From an uncultured Bacilli bacterium (lineage in GTDB: Bacteria > Bacillota_I > Bacilli_A > RF39 > UBA660), in contig CAKOXP010000004.1 of assembly GCA_934130175.1 (NCBI GenBank), positions 16,244 to 80,243 of the forward strand: DNA of 64,000 nt. Reading direction: 5' to 3'. This document shows, in pieces, positions 1 through 9,994 of the stretch. Positions within the stretch are counted from its first letter, which is position 1, and every line of letters begins with the position of its first letter. The notes under the pieces were generated by a model. The model was not told where the DNA came from, did no database searches, and saw only the letters and a program-made list of their open reading frames with translations. The position numbers and the translations under genes were made by a program.

Positions 1-1
1 A

Positions 2-349
2 AATGACTTTGATATCAGACTCTCTTTATTACTTCATGATATTGGTAAACCTTTTTCTTATCAGGATGATGGAAATATTAGACATTTTTACAACCATCCT
101 AAGGTCTCAGCTTCAATTTCTAGGAAGATATTAGAAAGAATAGGATTTAGTGAAAACTATATTGCCAAAATTATTTATTTAATAAGAGAACATGATTCTC
201 CAATTACTAAAAATGATGTTATTAAAAACTATGATTTGGAACTAAAAAGATATGAAATTCAAAGATGTGATATTCTTGCACATAATCCTGAAATGTTAGA
301 AAAACGGAAGAAATACCTAAAAAAGGTAAAAAGGTATTTTAATGATTAA
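2..349 (+). CDS. HD-domain phosphohydrolase, C-terminal part (5' end outside window)
   Basis: The frame is open from the window edge (codons from nt 2) to TAA 347-349. The translation ...LLLHDIGKPFSYQDDGNIRHFYNHP...LIREHDSP carries HD-superfamily metal-ligand motifs. Confidence 0.6.
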   Translation, partial: NDFDIRLSLLLHDIGKPFSYQDDGNIRHFYNHPKVSASISRKILERIGFSENYIAKIIYLIREHDSPITKNDVIKNYDLELKRYEIQRCDILAHNPEMLEKRKKYLKKVKRYFND

Positions 350-439
350 TATATGTAATATTTGAAAAGTTGGTTTAATATAAAAGTATTGGTATATATA
401 GTAAAAATTTTAAAATATATTGAAAATCATTAGTTTATT

Positions 440-1255
440 ATGTATTATAATAATCATTGTGAAAAAGTGGGTGATGATACGGAATTAATTAAAAGGGGAC
501 TAATAGAAAATATAAATTTAGAAAATTTAAGATTATTAAGTGAACAAGGTTCAGAATTTATAGTCTATAATGATGATAATAAAGTGTATAAAATATTTAG
601 GCCCAATTATAAATTAGAACATAAAAGTATAGAGGAATTAACCTATTTATCATCTATAAAGACATCAAGAATATTAATGCCTGATTCTCTTATAATCAAA
701 AATGGGAAATTAGTTGGATATTCAATGCAATATATATAAAAATCTAGTAATATATTAGACGACAAAATGAAAAATTTCATTAATGAATTGATTGTTATTA
801 CAAGTGATATAGACTTATTAAGTGACTTAGATGTTAGACTTATAGATATAAACAAAAACAATATAGTTTATAATGGTAGGTTATATTTAATTGATCCAGG
901 AAATTATTATATAAATTATATAGATGATTTATTGGTTTATTTAGATTACAAAGAACCGATTGAAGATGAAAAGAAAAACATTATAAAACCATGGAATTAT
1001 AATAAATTTAATAGATTAATAGAAGAGTTATTATTCATGGGTAATGAAAGACTTGATTTTTATTTATTACGAAAGGCAATTGAATTTTTTGAGAAAGAAA
1101 AACAAGGTAATAATTTGTTTTCAGATATTAGTATTTTGCAAAAGTACTTTGATTCAGAACTATCAGTAAAAGAGTCGATAAATAAATTCGTTAAGGAACA
1201 TATTAAAGTTGATGAAGATGAAAAAAGACTAATTATGTCTTTATGTAAAAAATGA
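440..1255 (+). pseudogene. Protein-kinase-like (APH/Kdo-kinase fold) gene interrupted by one in-frame TAA
   Basis: ORFs 440-739 and 767-1255 share one reading frame. They are separated only by TAA 737-739 plus nine sense codons. The N part has an N-lobe-like VYKIFRP. The C part has a catalytic-loop-like LIDINKNNIV and a DFG-like LIDPG. The stop falls at the hinge. Confidence 0.5.
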
Positions 1256-1571
1256 TAAAAACTTTAAAATAAAGAAAAATAAGATATTTAGATAGTAAAG
1301 AAATCGAATTACTTTTTATGGTGACGTAGAAGAGCTTGTTAATGCACTAAGAAAAGGAAAACTTTAGCTTATATGTGTATTTGTCATAAGGATGAAAAAG
1401 GAGAAATTGAAATTTCAGTTAATAGAGGAAAATATTTACAAAATAAGAATATTTGATCTTGAAGTTGGAAATAGAGAGTATGAAATTATTGATATAGATA
1501 ATTAATTGAATTAAATGGAAGACTATTTTTTCCATTTTTTGTGTTATAATTCTTATAAAAGGAGAGAAATA

Positions 1572-2033
1572 ATGAAAGATTTTAATTTAGAAATTGTAAC
1601 AGAAGAAGATTTGTTAAAATATGCTAATATAGTATTAAAGTTGTGTAAGGATCATTTTGTATTAAGAGAAAATATTGGATATATAGATTATGAGAACGAA
1701 AGTGAAAATTTTAATGTTTATAACATAGTAGGTGATTTTAAAAAAATGGGTGTAAATTATTATTTTATAAAAAATAATAATATTATAGTTGGTACAATTG
1801 CAAGCTATGAGAAAAAATCAGAAATTAATGGAGAACCTATTATATATGTTGACTCTTTTTACATATTCCCAGAATATAGAAATATGGGATTTGGTAAAAA
1901 ATCCATAAATGAAATAAGAAGAACAAATCCTGGCAAAAAAATAGAATTACATTGTCTTTATGGAAATAATGCAGAATTATTTTATGATAAAATTGGTGGT
2001 AAAAAAGTAAAAATAGTTTATACTTTTGAATAA
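1572..2033 (+). CDS. GNAT family N-acetyltransferase
   Basis: ATG 1572 follows AAAGGAGAG. The acetyl-CoA motif A is IFPEYRNMGFGKKSINEI. The longer ORF-track start at 1515 has no RBS. Confidence 0.75.
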   Translation: MKDFNLEIVTEEDLLKYANIVLKLCKDHFVLRENIGYIDYENESENFNVYNIVGDFKKMGVNYYFIKNNNIIVGTIASYEKKSEINGEPIIYVDSFYIFPEYRNMGFGKKSINEIRRTNPGKKIELHCLYGNNAELFYDKIGGKKVKIVYTFE

Positions 2034-2693
2034 AAAATACTTTAATGGTAAAGTTAAGGGTTAAAAATATTAATGAAGATGTAATAAAGTTATACTTAAT
2101 TTTATTAATATATATAAAAAAGTAATTCAAAATAAAAAATGTTTCTTAATTATATATGTACACAAATATTATGTATCATTAAGATAAAATAAAAATAATT
2201 ATATTAGAAAAAATGTAGTAATTGAATCATCTTCAAGTCTAAATAAGAATGATAGGAAAGATATATCTAAATTAAGTAACAAATTAAATATTGATGAAAA
2301 TGATTTAAAAGATGTTATTAATAAAGTATCTGAAATCACGAAAAATTATGGTATAATATTTTTTAGAAATGTCTTGAAAAAGATTCTAAAAAGGAGTGAT
2401 TATAATGGCTAATAATGAAAATAATAATGGTGTGGCAAAAACCGTAATCAACTGCTTGATATCGTTTTATCTAAACCTTCCCTAAAAGCCTTATAGAATA
2501 AGGGTTTTCTGAGATTTAGATCTTGCACGTTTTTCGTAAAAATGAACAAAAAATGGCAAAAAATCAGAAAAAATGATAAAAAATATGTTATTTTGTGGTT
2601 AGAAGTTAGCAGGTGATATCACAACCTAAACCCCGATTCATATGAACATCAATATGATGTTTTTTTTATGCAATAAATTTTAATGAAAGGAAG

Positions 2694-3131
2694 ATGAATA
2701 TGTACGAACATGAAAGGCAAGTACAAATCCATAAGAATGAAGGATTTACTGTACTAAGTAATGGATTTATTAGAGATAAAAATCTAAGTAATAGAGCATT
2801 AGGACTACTAACTTTTATGTTAAGTCTTCCTCCAAACTGGGATTATTCTATTGCAGGATTAACAAAAGTTAGAAAAGAAGGATATGAAGCAATAAAAAAT
2901 ACTATAAAAGAATTAATCGACCTTGATTACATTCGTAGAGACAAAATTAGGCTTAGTAATGGTAGATTTAAGCATATTTATCATATATATGATGAACCTG
3001 CTGCAAATGGGCTAAAAATGGAGTTTTTACCAGAGGGTACTTTTTCAGAGGTGGTTGAACCATCGGTGGTAAACCAGCAAGAAATAAATAAGGAAGAAAT
3101 AAGTAAAAATAAACAATTGATAAACCATTAA
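2694..3131 (+). CDS. Helix-turn-helix replication-initiator/DnaD-like N-terminal domain protein (probably truncated mobile-element gene)
   Basis: FTVLSNGFIRDKNLSNRALGLLTFMLSLPPNWDYSIAGL...IKELIDLDYIRR is the pattern I associate with plasmid/phage Rep HTH proteins. The 145-aa length is short for that family. The surrounding region carries gene fragments. Confidence 0.5.
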   Translation: MNMYEHERQVQIHKNEGFTVLSNGFIRDKNLSNRALGLLTFMLSLPPNWDYSIAGLTKVRKEGYEAIKNTIKELIDLDYIRRDKIRLSNGRFKHIYHIYDEPAANGLKMEFLPEGTFSEVVEPSVVNQQEINKEEISKNKQLINH

Positions 3132-3269
3132 AAGCATCTTTTTGTACAGATTTCAATATTATTTTCAGTGTCCCACCACATTAAACTTTGCATTTAGAAT
3201 ATATACACGATACCGTTTAACATATATACAACACTTTTTGACTGTGATATAATTTATTTGGTGATATAA

Positions 3270-4214
3270 ATGGATAGTCTAATTTCCAAAATTAAGTTTT
3301 TTAGTGATAATGCATCATTTGAAGTAATAAGTGATAGTAACTCTGGCTCTATACTGAGAAAGGTTAAGGATAATAACACTTATTTTTTAAAAATAATTAA
3401 GAGTAATAATATAAATATTAATAAAATAAAAAAAACAATAGAAATTTATAAAGAAAATGATATAAATACCATTGAGCTATTAGACTATGGATATATTAAT
3501 GATTATGTATATTTAATTTATAATTTTATAGAAGGACATGCATTGAATACTATTTATGATAAATATAATGTTTCTGATTATAGAGAAATGGGATTCAAAA
3601 TAGGTAATAGTTATAGAGTAATTAATTCAAATCATAAATATGATAAGTGTTTTTTTAATAATTATAGTATTAGTAATTTAACAAACCAAGTTATAGATTT
3701 ATTTAAAAAATTATACAATGGTGAATTATCTTATATAAAAAGCATAATGAAAGAAGAAAAAATAAATTGTATGATTAAGAGGATGAAAGAACTTGTTTAT
3801 TCTTTTGATGATGAAGAAAAGGTTTATATTCATTCTGATATACATCCTAAAAATATAGTTGTTGATAATGAACGTAACTTATATATAATTGACATTGAAT
3901 CATTTAGCCTTGACTATTTTATAATGAATGTGAGGTGGTCTATAATGGCAGCCTTTAGAAATAAAAAAAACAATGAATTTTTTAAAGGCTTTATTAATGG
4001 TTACTATAATAATGACATTCCATCAAAATTTAATAGACAATTAATATTTATTACAATACTTAATTTTATGGAACATACTATTGAGTTCAGTAAAACTAAA
4101 AATAAAGAGTTTATTACTGGTTATGTTTCTAAAATAAATTTAATATTCAATAATATAGATTTATTTATTGATAATAACATTTTAAGTGATATAAAAACAT
4201 TTGAAGAAGAATGA
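3270..4214 (+). CDS. Aminoglycoside/choline-kinase-like phosphotransferase (APH family)
   Basis: The catalytic segment is VYIHSDIHPKNIVVDNERNLYIIDIESF (HxDxxxxN ... D). An N-lobe Lys is present in YFLKIIK. Confidence 0.7.
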   Translation: MDSLISKIKFFSDNASFEVISDSNSGSILRKVKDNNTYFLKIIKSNNININKIKKTIEIYKENDINTIELLDYGYINDYVYLIYNFIEGHALNTIYDKYNVSDYREMGFKIGNSYRVINSNHKYDKCFFNNYSISNLTNQVIDLFKKLYNGELSYIKSIMKEEKINCMIKRMKELVYSFDDEEKVYIHSDIHPKNIVVDNERNLYIIDIESFSLDYFIMNVRWSIMAAFRNKKNNEFFKGFINGYYNNDIPSKFNRQLIFITILNFMEHTIEFSKTKNKEFITGYVSKINLIFNNIDLFIDNNILSDIKTFEEE

Positions 4215-4460
4215 GTTTCTAACTATATATAAGTTATAAGAAGACAATATTAATATAAAATTGCAAAATTGAAGAACCAAATACAAACTTTATAGATTGA
4301 TTTATCAATAATATATATACTAGTAATAATAATCATTTGATATTAACTTAATGGTTAAAAAATGAATATGTTGCTATACATAAACATCATAGAAATAAAA
4401 AATATGATATAATTATTCATGAATAAGTTTTATTTATAAAACATGAAAGGCGTGAAAATT

Positions 4461-5348
4461 ATGGAAAAAAATGAAAATAATTGGGGGTTTAGAAAAAACG
4501 ATATCAACTGGTACCCAGGTCATATGGCTAAAACTAAGCGAGAAATAAAAGAAAAGTTAAATTTAATAGATGTTGTTTATGAGGTTATAGATTCTCGTAT
4601 GCCAATATCTTCTAAAATTGTAGATATTGATGAATTGATTGGTGATAAAAAAAGAATTCTTATAATGACTAAATATGATATTTGTGATAAAGAAGAGACT
4701 AATAAGTTTGTTAAATATTATGAAAAACTTGGGTATATAGTTATACCAGTTGATTTAATGAATGGCAATGATACGTCTAAAATAATAGATAAGAGTATGG
4801 AGATTTTACAAGAAGAAAATAAAAAACGAATCGAAAAAGGTTTAAAACCTAGAAGCATAAGGGCTTTAATAGTAGGAGTTCCTAATGCTGGAAAATCAAC
4901 CTTAATAAATAGATTAGTTGGTAAAAAATCAGCTGGTGTTGGTAATAAACCAGGTTTTACAAAAAGTCTTTCATGGATTAGAATCCATAAAGATATAGAA
5001 TTGCTTGACTCTCCAGGAATCTTATGGCCTAAGATAGAAAATCAAGATAATGCTCATGTACTTGCTTCATTTTCTTCAATTAAAGAAGAGATTTTAGATA
5101 ATATGGATTTGGCTTGTTTTATTTTAAAAAAAATGATGAAGCTATATCCTAAAAACCTAGAAGAACGTTACGGTATTACTGAACTTGATGATGATTTTAT
5201 AGAAACATTTGATATTATTGGTAAAAAGCGTGGAGCTTTAACTAGAGGTGGAGTAGCAGATTATGAAAAAGTTTCTAATATTATAGTTCAAGACTTAAAA
5301 AACGGTTATTTAGGTAATGTTACCTTTGATAGATTAGAAGATGAATAA
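4461..5348 (+). CDS. rbgA: Ribosome biogenesis GTPase A (YlqF/RbgA)
   Basis: INWYPGHMAKTKREI is present. The GTPase is circularly permuted, with G4 (TKYD) preceding the P-loop GVPNAGKST. GAAAGG lies 10 nt upstream of ATG 4461. The position upstream of rnhB is conserved. Confidence 0.9.
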   Translation: MEKNENNWGFRKNDINWYPGHMAKTKREIKEKLNLIDVVYEVIDSRMPISSKIVDIDELIGDKKRILIMTKYDICDKEETNKFVKYYEKLGYIVIPVDLMNGNDTSKIIDKSMEILQEENKKRIEKGLKPRSIRALIVGVPNAGKSTLINRLVGKKSAGVGNKPGFTKSLSWIRIHKDIELLDSPGILWPKIENQDNAHVLASFSSIKEEILDNMDLACFILKKMMKLYPKNLEERYGITELDDDFIETFDIIGKKRGALTRGGVADYEKVSNIIVQDLKNGYLGNVTFDRLEDE

Positions 5349-5403
5349 TTAATTCATCTTTTAATTTTTCTCATTATTGGGTTATAATAGAAGAGGTGAT
5401 AAT

Positions 5404-6381
5404 ATGAATAAACAAGAAATATTTAAGAAATTAGATGAATTAGAGTTAGATAAAGATAAATATATTGTAATTAGTGGAGCAAGTTTAGTGGTTCAAGATA
5501 TGTTGGACGAAACTTCTGATATAGATCTTAGTTGTAGTAAAACATATTATGAAGAAATTAACTGGCCTGTTAAAGAGGGGTATTTTGGTATTGATATAAA
5601 GTATAAGGATATATATGAAATTAGTTATAACTTATATGATAATAGTCGCATTGTAGAAATAAATGGTTATAAGTTTATGAACTTAGATTTCTGTTTGGAG
5701 TTAAAACAATTAGAAAATAAAAAGAAAGATCAAAAACTTATTAAAAAGTTAGATTTAGAATTATGTTTAAAAGATAATTATCGTTATGAAAGGAAATTAA
5801 GAAGTAAAGGTATTAATCTAATAGGTGGAGTTGATGAGGTTGGTCGTGGACCTTTAGTTGGCCCTGTAGTAGCGGCTTGTGTTATTTTGCCAGATTCTTA
5901 CTGTCTAGACGGTTTAACTGATTCTAAAAAATTAAGTGAGAAAAAGCGTGAAGAATTTTATGATAAAATTATGGAGCAAGCCCTTGCAGTTGGGGTTGGT
6001 ATAATTGACGCTAAAAAAATAGATGAAGTAAATATTTATGAGGCTACAAAACTAGCCATGAAAGAAGCTATTTCTAACTGTAAAATAAAACCAGAACATA
6101 TCTTAATTGATGCCATGCCTCTTGAACTTGATATTCCTACTACCTCTATAATTAAAGGGGATTTAAAAAGTATTACAATATCAGCCGCAAGTGTCATCGC
6201 AAAAGTAACAAGAGATAGAATGTTAATTGAACTTGATAAAAAATATCCTATGTATGACTTTAAAGATAATAAAGGCTATCCTACTAAAAAACATTTAGAA
6301 GCTATAAAAGAGTATGGAATTTTAGAAAGTCATAGAAGAAGCTATGGTCCGGTAAAAGAATATTTGGAGGAACATTCATGA
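5404..6381 (+). CDS. rnhB: Ribonuclease HII with about 140-aa N-terminal nucleotidyltransferase-like extension
   Basis: The core [20 protein letters not shown]...DSKKLS...[10 protein letters not shown] is RNase HII. The N-terminal segment [21 protein letters not shown] fits the GS-x(10-13)-DxD minimal NTase motif. The RBS GAGGTG lies upstream of ATG 5404. Confidence 0.9.
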   Translation: MNKQEIFKKLDELELDKDKYIVISGASLVVQDMLDETSDIDLSCSKTYYEEINWPVKEGYFGIDIKYKDIYEISYNLYDNSRIVEINGYKFMNLDFCLELKQLENKKKDQKLIKKLDLELCLKDNYRYERKLRSKGINLIGGVDEVGRGPLVGPVVAACVILPDSYCLDGLTDSKKLSEKKREEFYDKIMEQALAVGVGIIDAKKIDEVNIYEATKLAMKEAISNCKIKPEHILIDAMPLELDIPTTSIIKGDLKSITISAASVIAKVTRDRMLIELDKKYPMYDFKDNKGYPTKKHLEAIKEYGILESHRRSYGPVKEYLEEHS

Positions 6382-7304
6382 AAAATTTATTAATATCACA
6401 TATTTCAGATATCGATGGAGTAAGTCCTGTTATTTTACTAAAATTAGTTAAAATGGATTTTGATTATGTTTTAAAAGAACCTCATGAAATGGAAGAATAT
6501 ATTGAAGATTTATTAAAGACTGATCTTAGTATTTATCAAACAATTTATATAACAGATTTATCACTAACAGAAAAAACATATGATTTACTAAAGACAAGTA
6601 ACTATTTTGAAAAGTTTAAGATTTTTGATCATCATAAAACACATTTATTTGCTAATAGTTATGATAATGTAGTAATTGATACAAATGAATGTGCAACTAC
6701 ATTATTTTATACTTATTTAAGTAAAAGATATAGATTTAAAAGAATAGTTATAGATTATATAGAACATGTTAAGAACTTAGATTTATGGTTATGGGTATCA
6801 AAAAATGATTTATTTGCTAAAGAACTTGGTAACCTATTTGATTTATATGGCAAAGATATGTATATAGAGGAGATGTATCAAAAATTAAGAAAGAATCATA
6901 AGTTTAAATGGAATAAATTTGAATCTAAAATATTACAAGTAGAGAAAAATACAGTTGAGAGATATTTAGAAAAAAAAAATAATGAATTATATAAAATCGA
7001 GTATGAAAAATACAAAATTGGTGTAGTTTTTAGTGAAAGATATCGCAGTGAACTCGGTAATTATTTATCAGTTAGCCATCAAGAATTAGATTTAATTATT
7101 ATGATTAATATGTCTGGAGGTATGAGTCTAAGAACCTCTAAAGACATTGATATATCAGAACTTGCCAAAAAATTAAATGGTGGTGGTCACAAACAAGCTT
7201 GCGGTGCTCCAATTGATAGTGAAGTTAAAATAGATGTTATCAAAAATTTATTTAAGGATTGTAAGATAAAAGAGATTCCTAAAATAAATTATAAAGGAGA
7301 CTAA
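6378..7304 (+). CDS. DHH/DHHA1 family phosphoesterase (nanoRNase/pAp-phosphatase-like)
   Basis: Motifs HISDIDG, FDHHKTH (DHH) and [10 protein letters not shown] (DHHA1) are present. The ATGA start/stop overlap with rnhB indicates coupling. Confidence 0.8.
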   Translation: MKNLLISHISDIDGVSPVILLKLVKMDFDYVLKEPHEMEEYIEDLLKTDLSIYQTIYITDLSLTEKTYDLLKTSNYFEKFKIFDHHKTHLFANSYDNVVIDTNECATTLFYTYLSKRYRFKRIVIDYIEHVKNLDLWLWVSKNDLFAKELGNLFDLYGKDMYIEEMYQKLRKNHKFKWNKFESKILQVEKNTVERYLEKKNNELYKIEYEKYKIGVVFSERYRSELGNYLSVSHQELDLIIMINMSGGMSLRTSKDIDISELAKKLNGGGHKQACGAPIDSEVKIDVIKNLFKDCKIKEIPKINYKGD

Positions 7305-7305
7305 T

Positions 7306-7782
7306 ATGAGAGATTTAAATATATATAATATTCCACTTGGTGAAATTAATTTAGAAAGAATAGATATAAGTAGTAGAGAACATAAAAAAGCAATTTCAAA
7401 ATTACGAGATTTTGAGGCAAAGAAAATGATGTTTGATGTAAAACAAACAGTTAACTTAATAAAGAATAATAGAGAAGTTGGTAATTCATATTTGATAAAG
7501 AAAAATAAAGACTATATTGGTTATATTTATATTTCAAACGTAGATAATAATGAAGGTCGTGTTATTTCTATGATGATAGAACGTTCCGTTAGAAATAAAG
7601 GTTATGGAAAAATAGTTTTAAATAGTATTAGTACTTATTTATTTGAAAAAGATTTAGCAAAGTCAATTTTTGTCTATATAAAAGATAAAAATACAAAAAG
7701 TAAGGCTATGGCGAGTTCATGTGGTTATTCTTTAATAGACAAAATGGATAATAATACGGGAATTTATGAAAGAAAAAGATAA
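7306..7782 (+). CDS. GNAT family acetyltransferase
   Basis: Motif A is VRNKGYGKIVLNSISTYLF. The start lies 2 nt after the preceding stop. Confidence 0.65.
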   Translation: MRDLNIYNIPLGEINLERIDISSREHKKAISKLRDFEAKKMMFDVKQTVNLIKNNREVGNSYLIKKNKDYIGYIYISNVDNNEGRVISMMIERSVRNKGYGKIVLNSISTYLFEKDLAKSIFVYIKDKNTKSKAMASSCGYSLIDKMDNNTGIYERKR

Positions 7783-7895
7783 TTTTCAAGAATTTATCAG
7801 TAATTTTTATTTAAGATAACTATAATATTAATAGTAAATGTTTTATTTGACAAAACATAAATTAGTATGTATAAATGTATAAGGAGGCGTTTTTC

Positions 7896-9926
7896 GTGAG
7901 TAAACATTTAGTAATTGTCGAAAGTCCAAGTAAAAGTAAGACTATAGAAAAATATCTAGGAAGTGATTATAAAGTTGTTTCTTCTAAAGGACATATTCGT
8001 GATTTAGCAACAACAGGTCAATATGGCTTAGGTGTTGATATTGAAAATGGATTTAAACCTAACTATATTCCAATTGCTGGTAAAAAGAAGGTTATTTCTG
8101 AATTAAAAAAAGATGTAAAAGATAGTGATATTGTCTATCTAGCAAGCGACCCCGACCGTGAAGGAGAAGCAATCGCATGGCATTTAAAAGATGCTTTAGG
8201 TATCAAAGACAACGAATATAAGCGAGTTCTTTTTAATGAAATAACTCATGATAAAGTACTTGATGCTATAAGTAAACCTACTGTTATTGATGATAATTTA
8301 GTTAGAAGTCAAGAAACAAGAAGAATTCTTGATCGTATAATTGGTTTTAGATTATCAAAATTATTACAAAGTAAAATAGGAGCTAAAAGTGCGGGACGTG
8401 TTCAAAGTGTAGCCTTGAAGTTAATTGTAGATAGAGAACGAGAAATAGAAGCATTTAAAGAAGAAGAATACTGGACAATAACATCTAGTTTTAATGAATT
8501 TGATGCGGATTTATTTAAATATAAAAATGATGATATTAAGCTTCATACAGAAGAAGAAGCTGATAATGTCCTAGAAAAATTAGGAAAAGATTACAAAATA
8601 GAAAGTATTAATCAAACTGCTAAAAACAAAAAAAGCAAGTTTCCTTTTATTACATCAACTCTTCAACAAGAAGCATCTACTAAGTTAGGTTTTCCTGCTA
8701 AGAAGACAATGAGTATAGCTCAAAAACTATATGAAGGTATTGAACTAGATAATGGTCCTGTTGGTCTTATTACTTACATGAGAACTGACTCTGTTCGTTT
8801 GTCAGATGACTTTACAAAACCAGCTTTAAAATATATCTCTGATAATTATGGAAGTGAATATGTAGGTTATATCAAAAAAAGTAAAAAGAAGGAAAACGTT
8901 CAAGATGCACATGAGACCATTCGTCCAACAAGTATTTTAAGAGAACCATTAAAAATAAAAGAATTTTTATCAAATGATGAATTTAAATTATATAGCTTAA
9001 TTTATAAAAGAACTCTTGCTTCATTAATGGCAGATGCTAAAGTAAAACAAACTTCTATTATTTTAGATAATAATGATTATAAGTTTAAAACTACAGGTCA
9101 AGTTTTAACTTTTGATGGATACTTAAAAGTTTATAAAGATTATGAATCTAGTGAAGATAAGATTTTACCAGAATTAGCTGATGCCAATATTTTATCTACT
9201 GATAAAGTTAATAAAGAACAACATTTTACAAAACCACCAGCAAGATATACAGAAGCTAAATTAATAAAAGAAATGGAAGAGTTAGGAATCGGACGACCAT
9301 CTACTTACGCAAAAATTATTGATACCATTAAAGAACGTGGTTATGTTGAATTAGTCGAGAAAAAGTTTAAACCCACTAAAGTTGGAATTGAATCTACTGA
9401 TAAATTACAAGAATTCTTTAGTGATTTAATAAATGTTGAATACACTCGTGATATGGAAGAAGATTTAGATAAAGTGGCTGATGGAAAATTAGTTTGGAAT
9501 GAAGTTTTAAAGAATTTCTATGCTTTATTTGAACCACGTGTTAAAAATGCTTTTACTGATATGGAGAAAAAAGAACCAGAAAAAACAGGCGAAGTTTGTC
9601 CTAATTGTGGTAATCCTTTAGTAATTAGAAAAGGTAAATATGGAGAATTTGTTGCATGTTCTAACTATCCAGAGTGTAAATACATCAAAAAGGAAGAAAA
9701 AGAAGTAGTTGAAGTTATGGATTGTCCAGAATGTTCTGGAAAGATAATTGAAAGAAAAACAAAACGTGGTAAAATCTTCTATGGATGTAATAACTATCCG
9801 AAATGCAAGTTTGCTTCCTGGGATAAACCAGTTGAAGGTAAATGTCCTGAATGTGGTAAGTATTTAGTTGAAAAAGATGGCAAAATAAAATGTAGTAGTT
9901 GTGAATATGTTAAAGAATCTGATTAG
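7896..9926 (+). CDS. topA: DNA topoisomerase I
   Basis: A Toprim segment LVIVESPSKSKTIEKYLG...ASDPDREGEAIAWH is present, along with the active-site region YMRTDS. There are three C-terminal CxxC..CxxC zinc ribbons. AAGGAGG lies 8 nt before GTG 7896. Confidence 0.95.
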   Translation: MSKHLVIVESPSKSKTIEKYLGSDYKVVSSKGHIRDLATTGQYGLGVDIENGFKPNYIPIAGKKKVISELKKDVKDSDIVYLASDPDREGEAIAWHLKDALGIKDNEYKRVLFNEITHDKVLDAISKPTVIDDNLVRSQETRRILDRIIGFRLSKLLQSKIGAKSAGRVQSVALKLIVDREREIEAFKEEEYWTITSSFNEFDADLFKYKNDDIKLHTEEEADNVLEKLGKDYKIESINQTAKNKKSKFPFITSTLQQEASTKLGFPAKKTMSIAQKLYEGIELDNGPVGLITYMRTDSVRLSDDFTKPALKYISDNYGSEYVGYIKKSKKKENVQDAHETIRPTSILREPLKIKEFLSNDEFKLYSLIYKRTLASLMADAKVKQTSIILDNNDYKFKTTGQVLTFDGYLKVYKDYESSEDKILPELADANILSTDKVNKEQHFTKPPARYTEAKLIKEMEELGIGRPSTYAKIIDTIKERGYVELVEKKFKPTKVGIESTDKLQEFFSDLINVEYTRDMEEDLDKVADGKLVWNEVLKNFYALFEPRVKNAFTDMEKKEPEKTGEVCPNCGNPLVIRKGKYGEFVACSNYPECKYIKKEEKEVVEVMDCPECSGKIIERKTKRGKIFYGCNNYPKCKFASWDKPVEGKCPECGKYLVEKDGKIKCSSCEYVKESD

Positions 9927-9938
9927 TAGATTCTTTTT
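9912..9938 (+). terminator. Rho-independent terminator after topA
   Basis: AAAGAATC / GATTCTTT stem followed by a T-run. Confidence 0.6.
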
Positions 9939-9994
9939 CATTGAAAAAAATTATCTTTTTTGATATTCTTGAAGTAAATATAAGAGGTGATTTT

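Noticed and set aside
643-861. Antisense ORF from the track; the same applies to 1840-2130, 2968-3156 and 11394-11588.
   Set aside because: These ORFs lie opposite or across better-supported + strand genes or fragments. They encode low-complexity Leu/Ile/Phe/Ser-rich products, have no RBS, and are typical shadow ORFs.
2405-2485. A 26-codon ORF (MANNENNNGVAKTVINCLISFYLNLP) with a strong RBS, as a possible small peptide gene.
   Set aside because: It lies in a region full of gene debris and is probably the orphaned 5' end of a deleted gene. Nothing supports it as a functional peptide, so it is mentioned only within the decay-islet finding.
6970-6979. An A10 run inside the DHH phosphoesterase gene (and A8 runs at ~10874 and 61431) as frameshift-prone switches.
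   Set aside because: Poly-A/T runs of this size are expected in DNA this AT-rich and encode Lys/Asn stretches in frame. Nothing distinguishes them from background, unlike the G9 tract.
9941-9994. N-terminal extensions in the ORF track that use upstream TTG/GTG/ATG codons (9941, 1515, 23300, 25422, 26599, 29017, 32350, 42931, 45496, 51823, 53355, 4443, 5377).
   Set aside because: In each case an internal ATG/GTG/TTG with a properly spaced GGAGG-like RBS coincides with the start of the conserved protein sequence. Several extensions would also cross terminators, promoters or operators.
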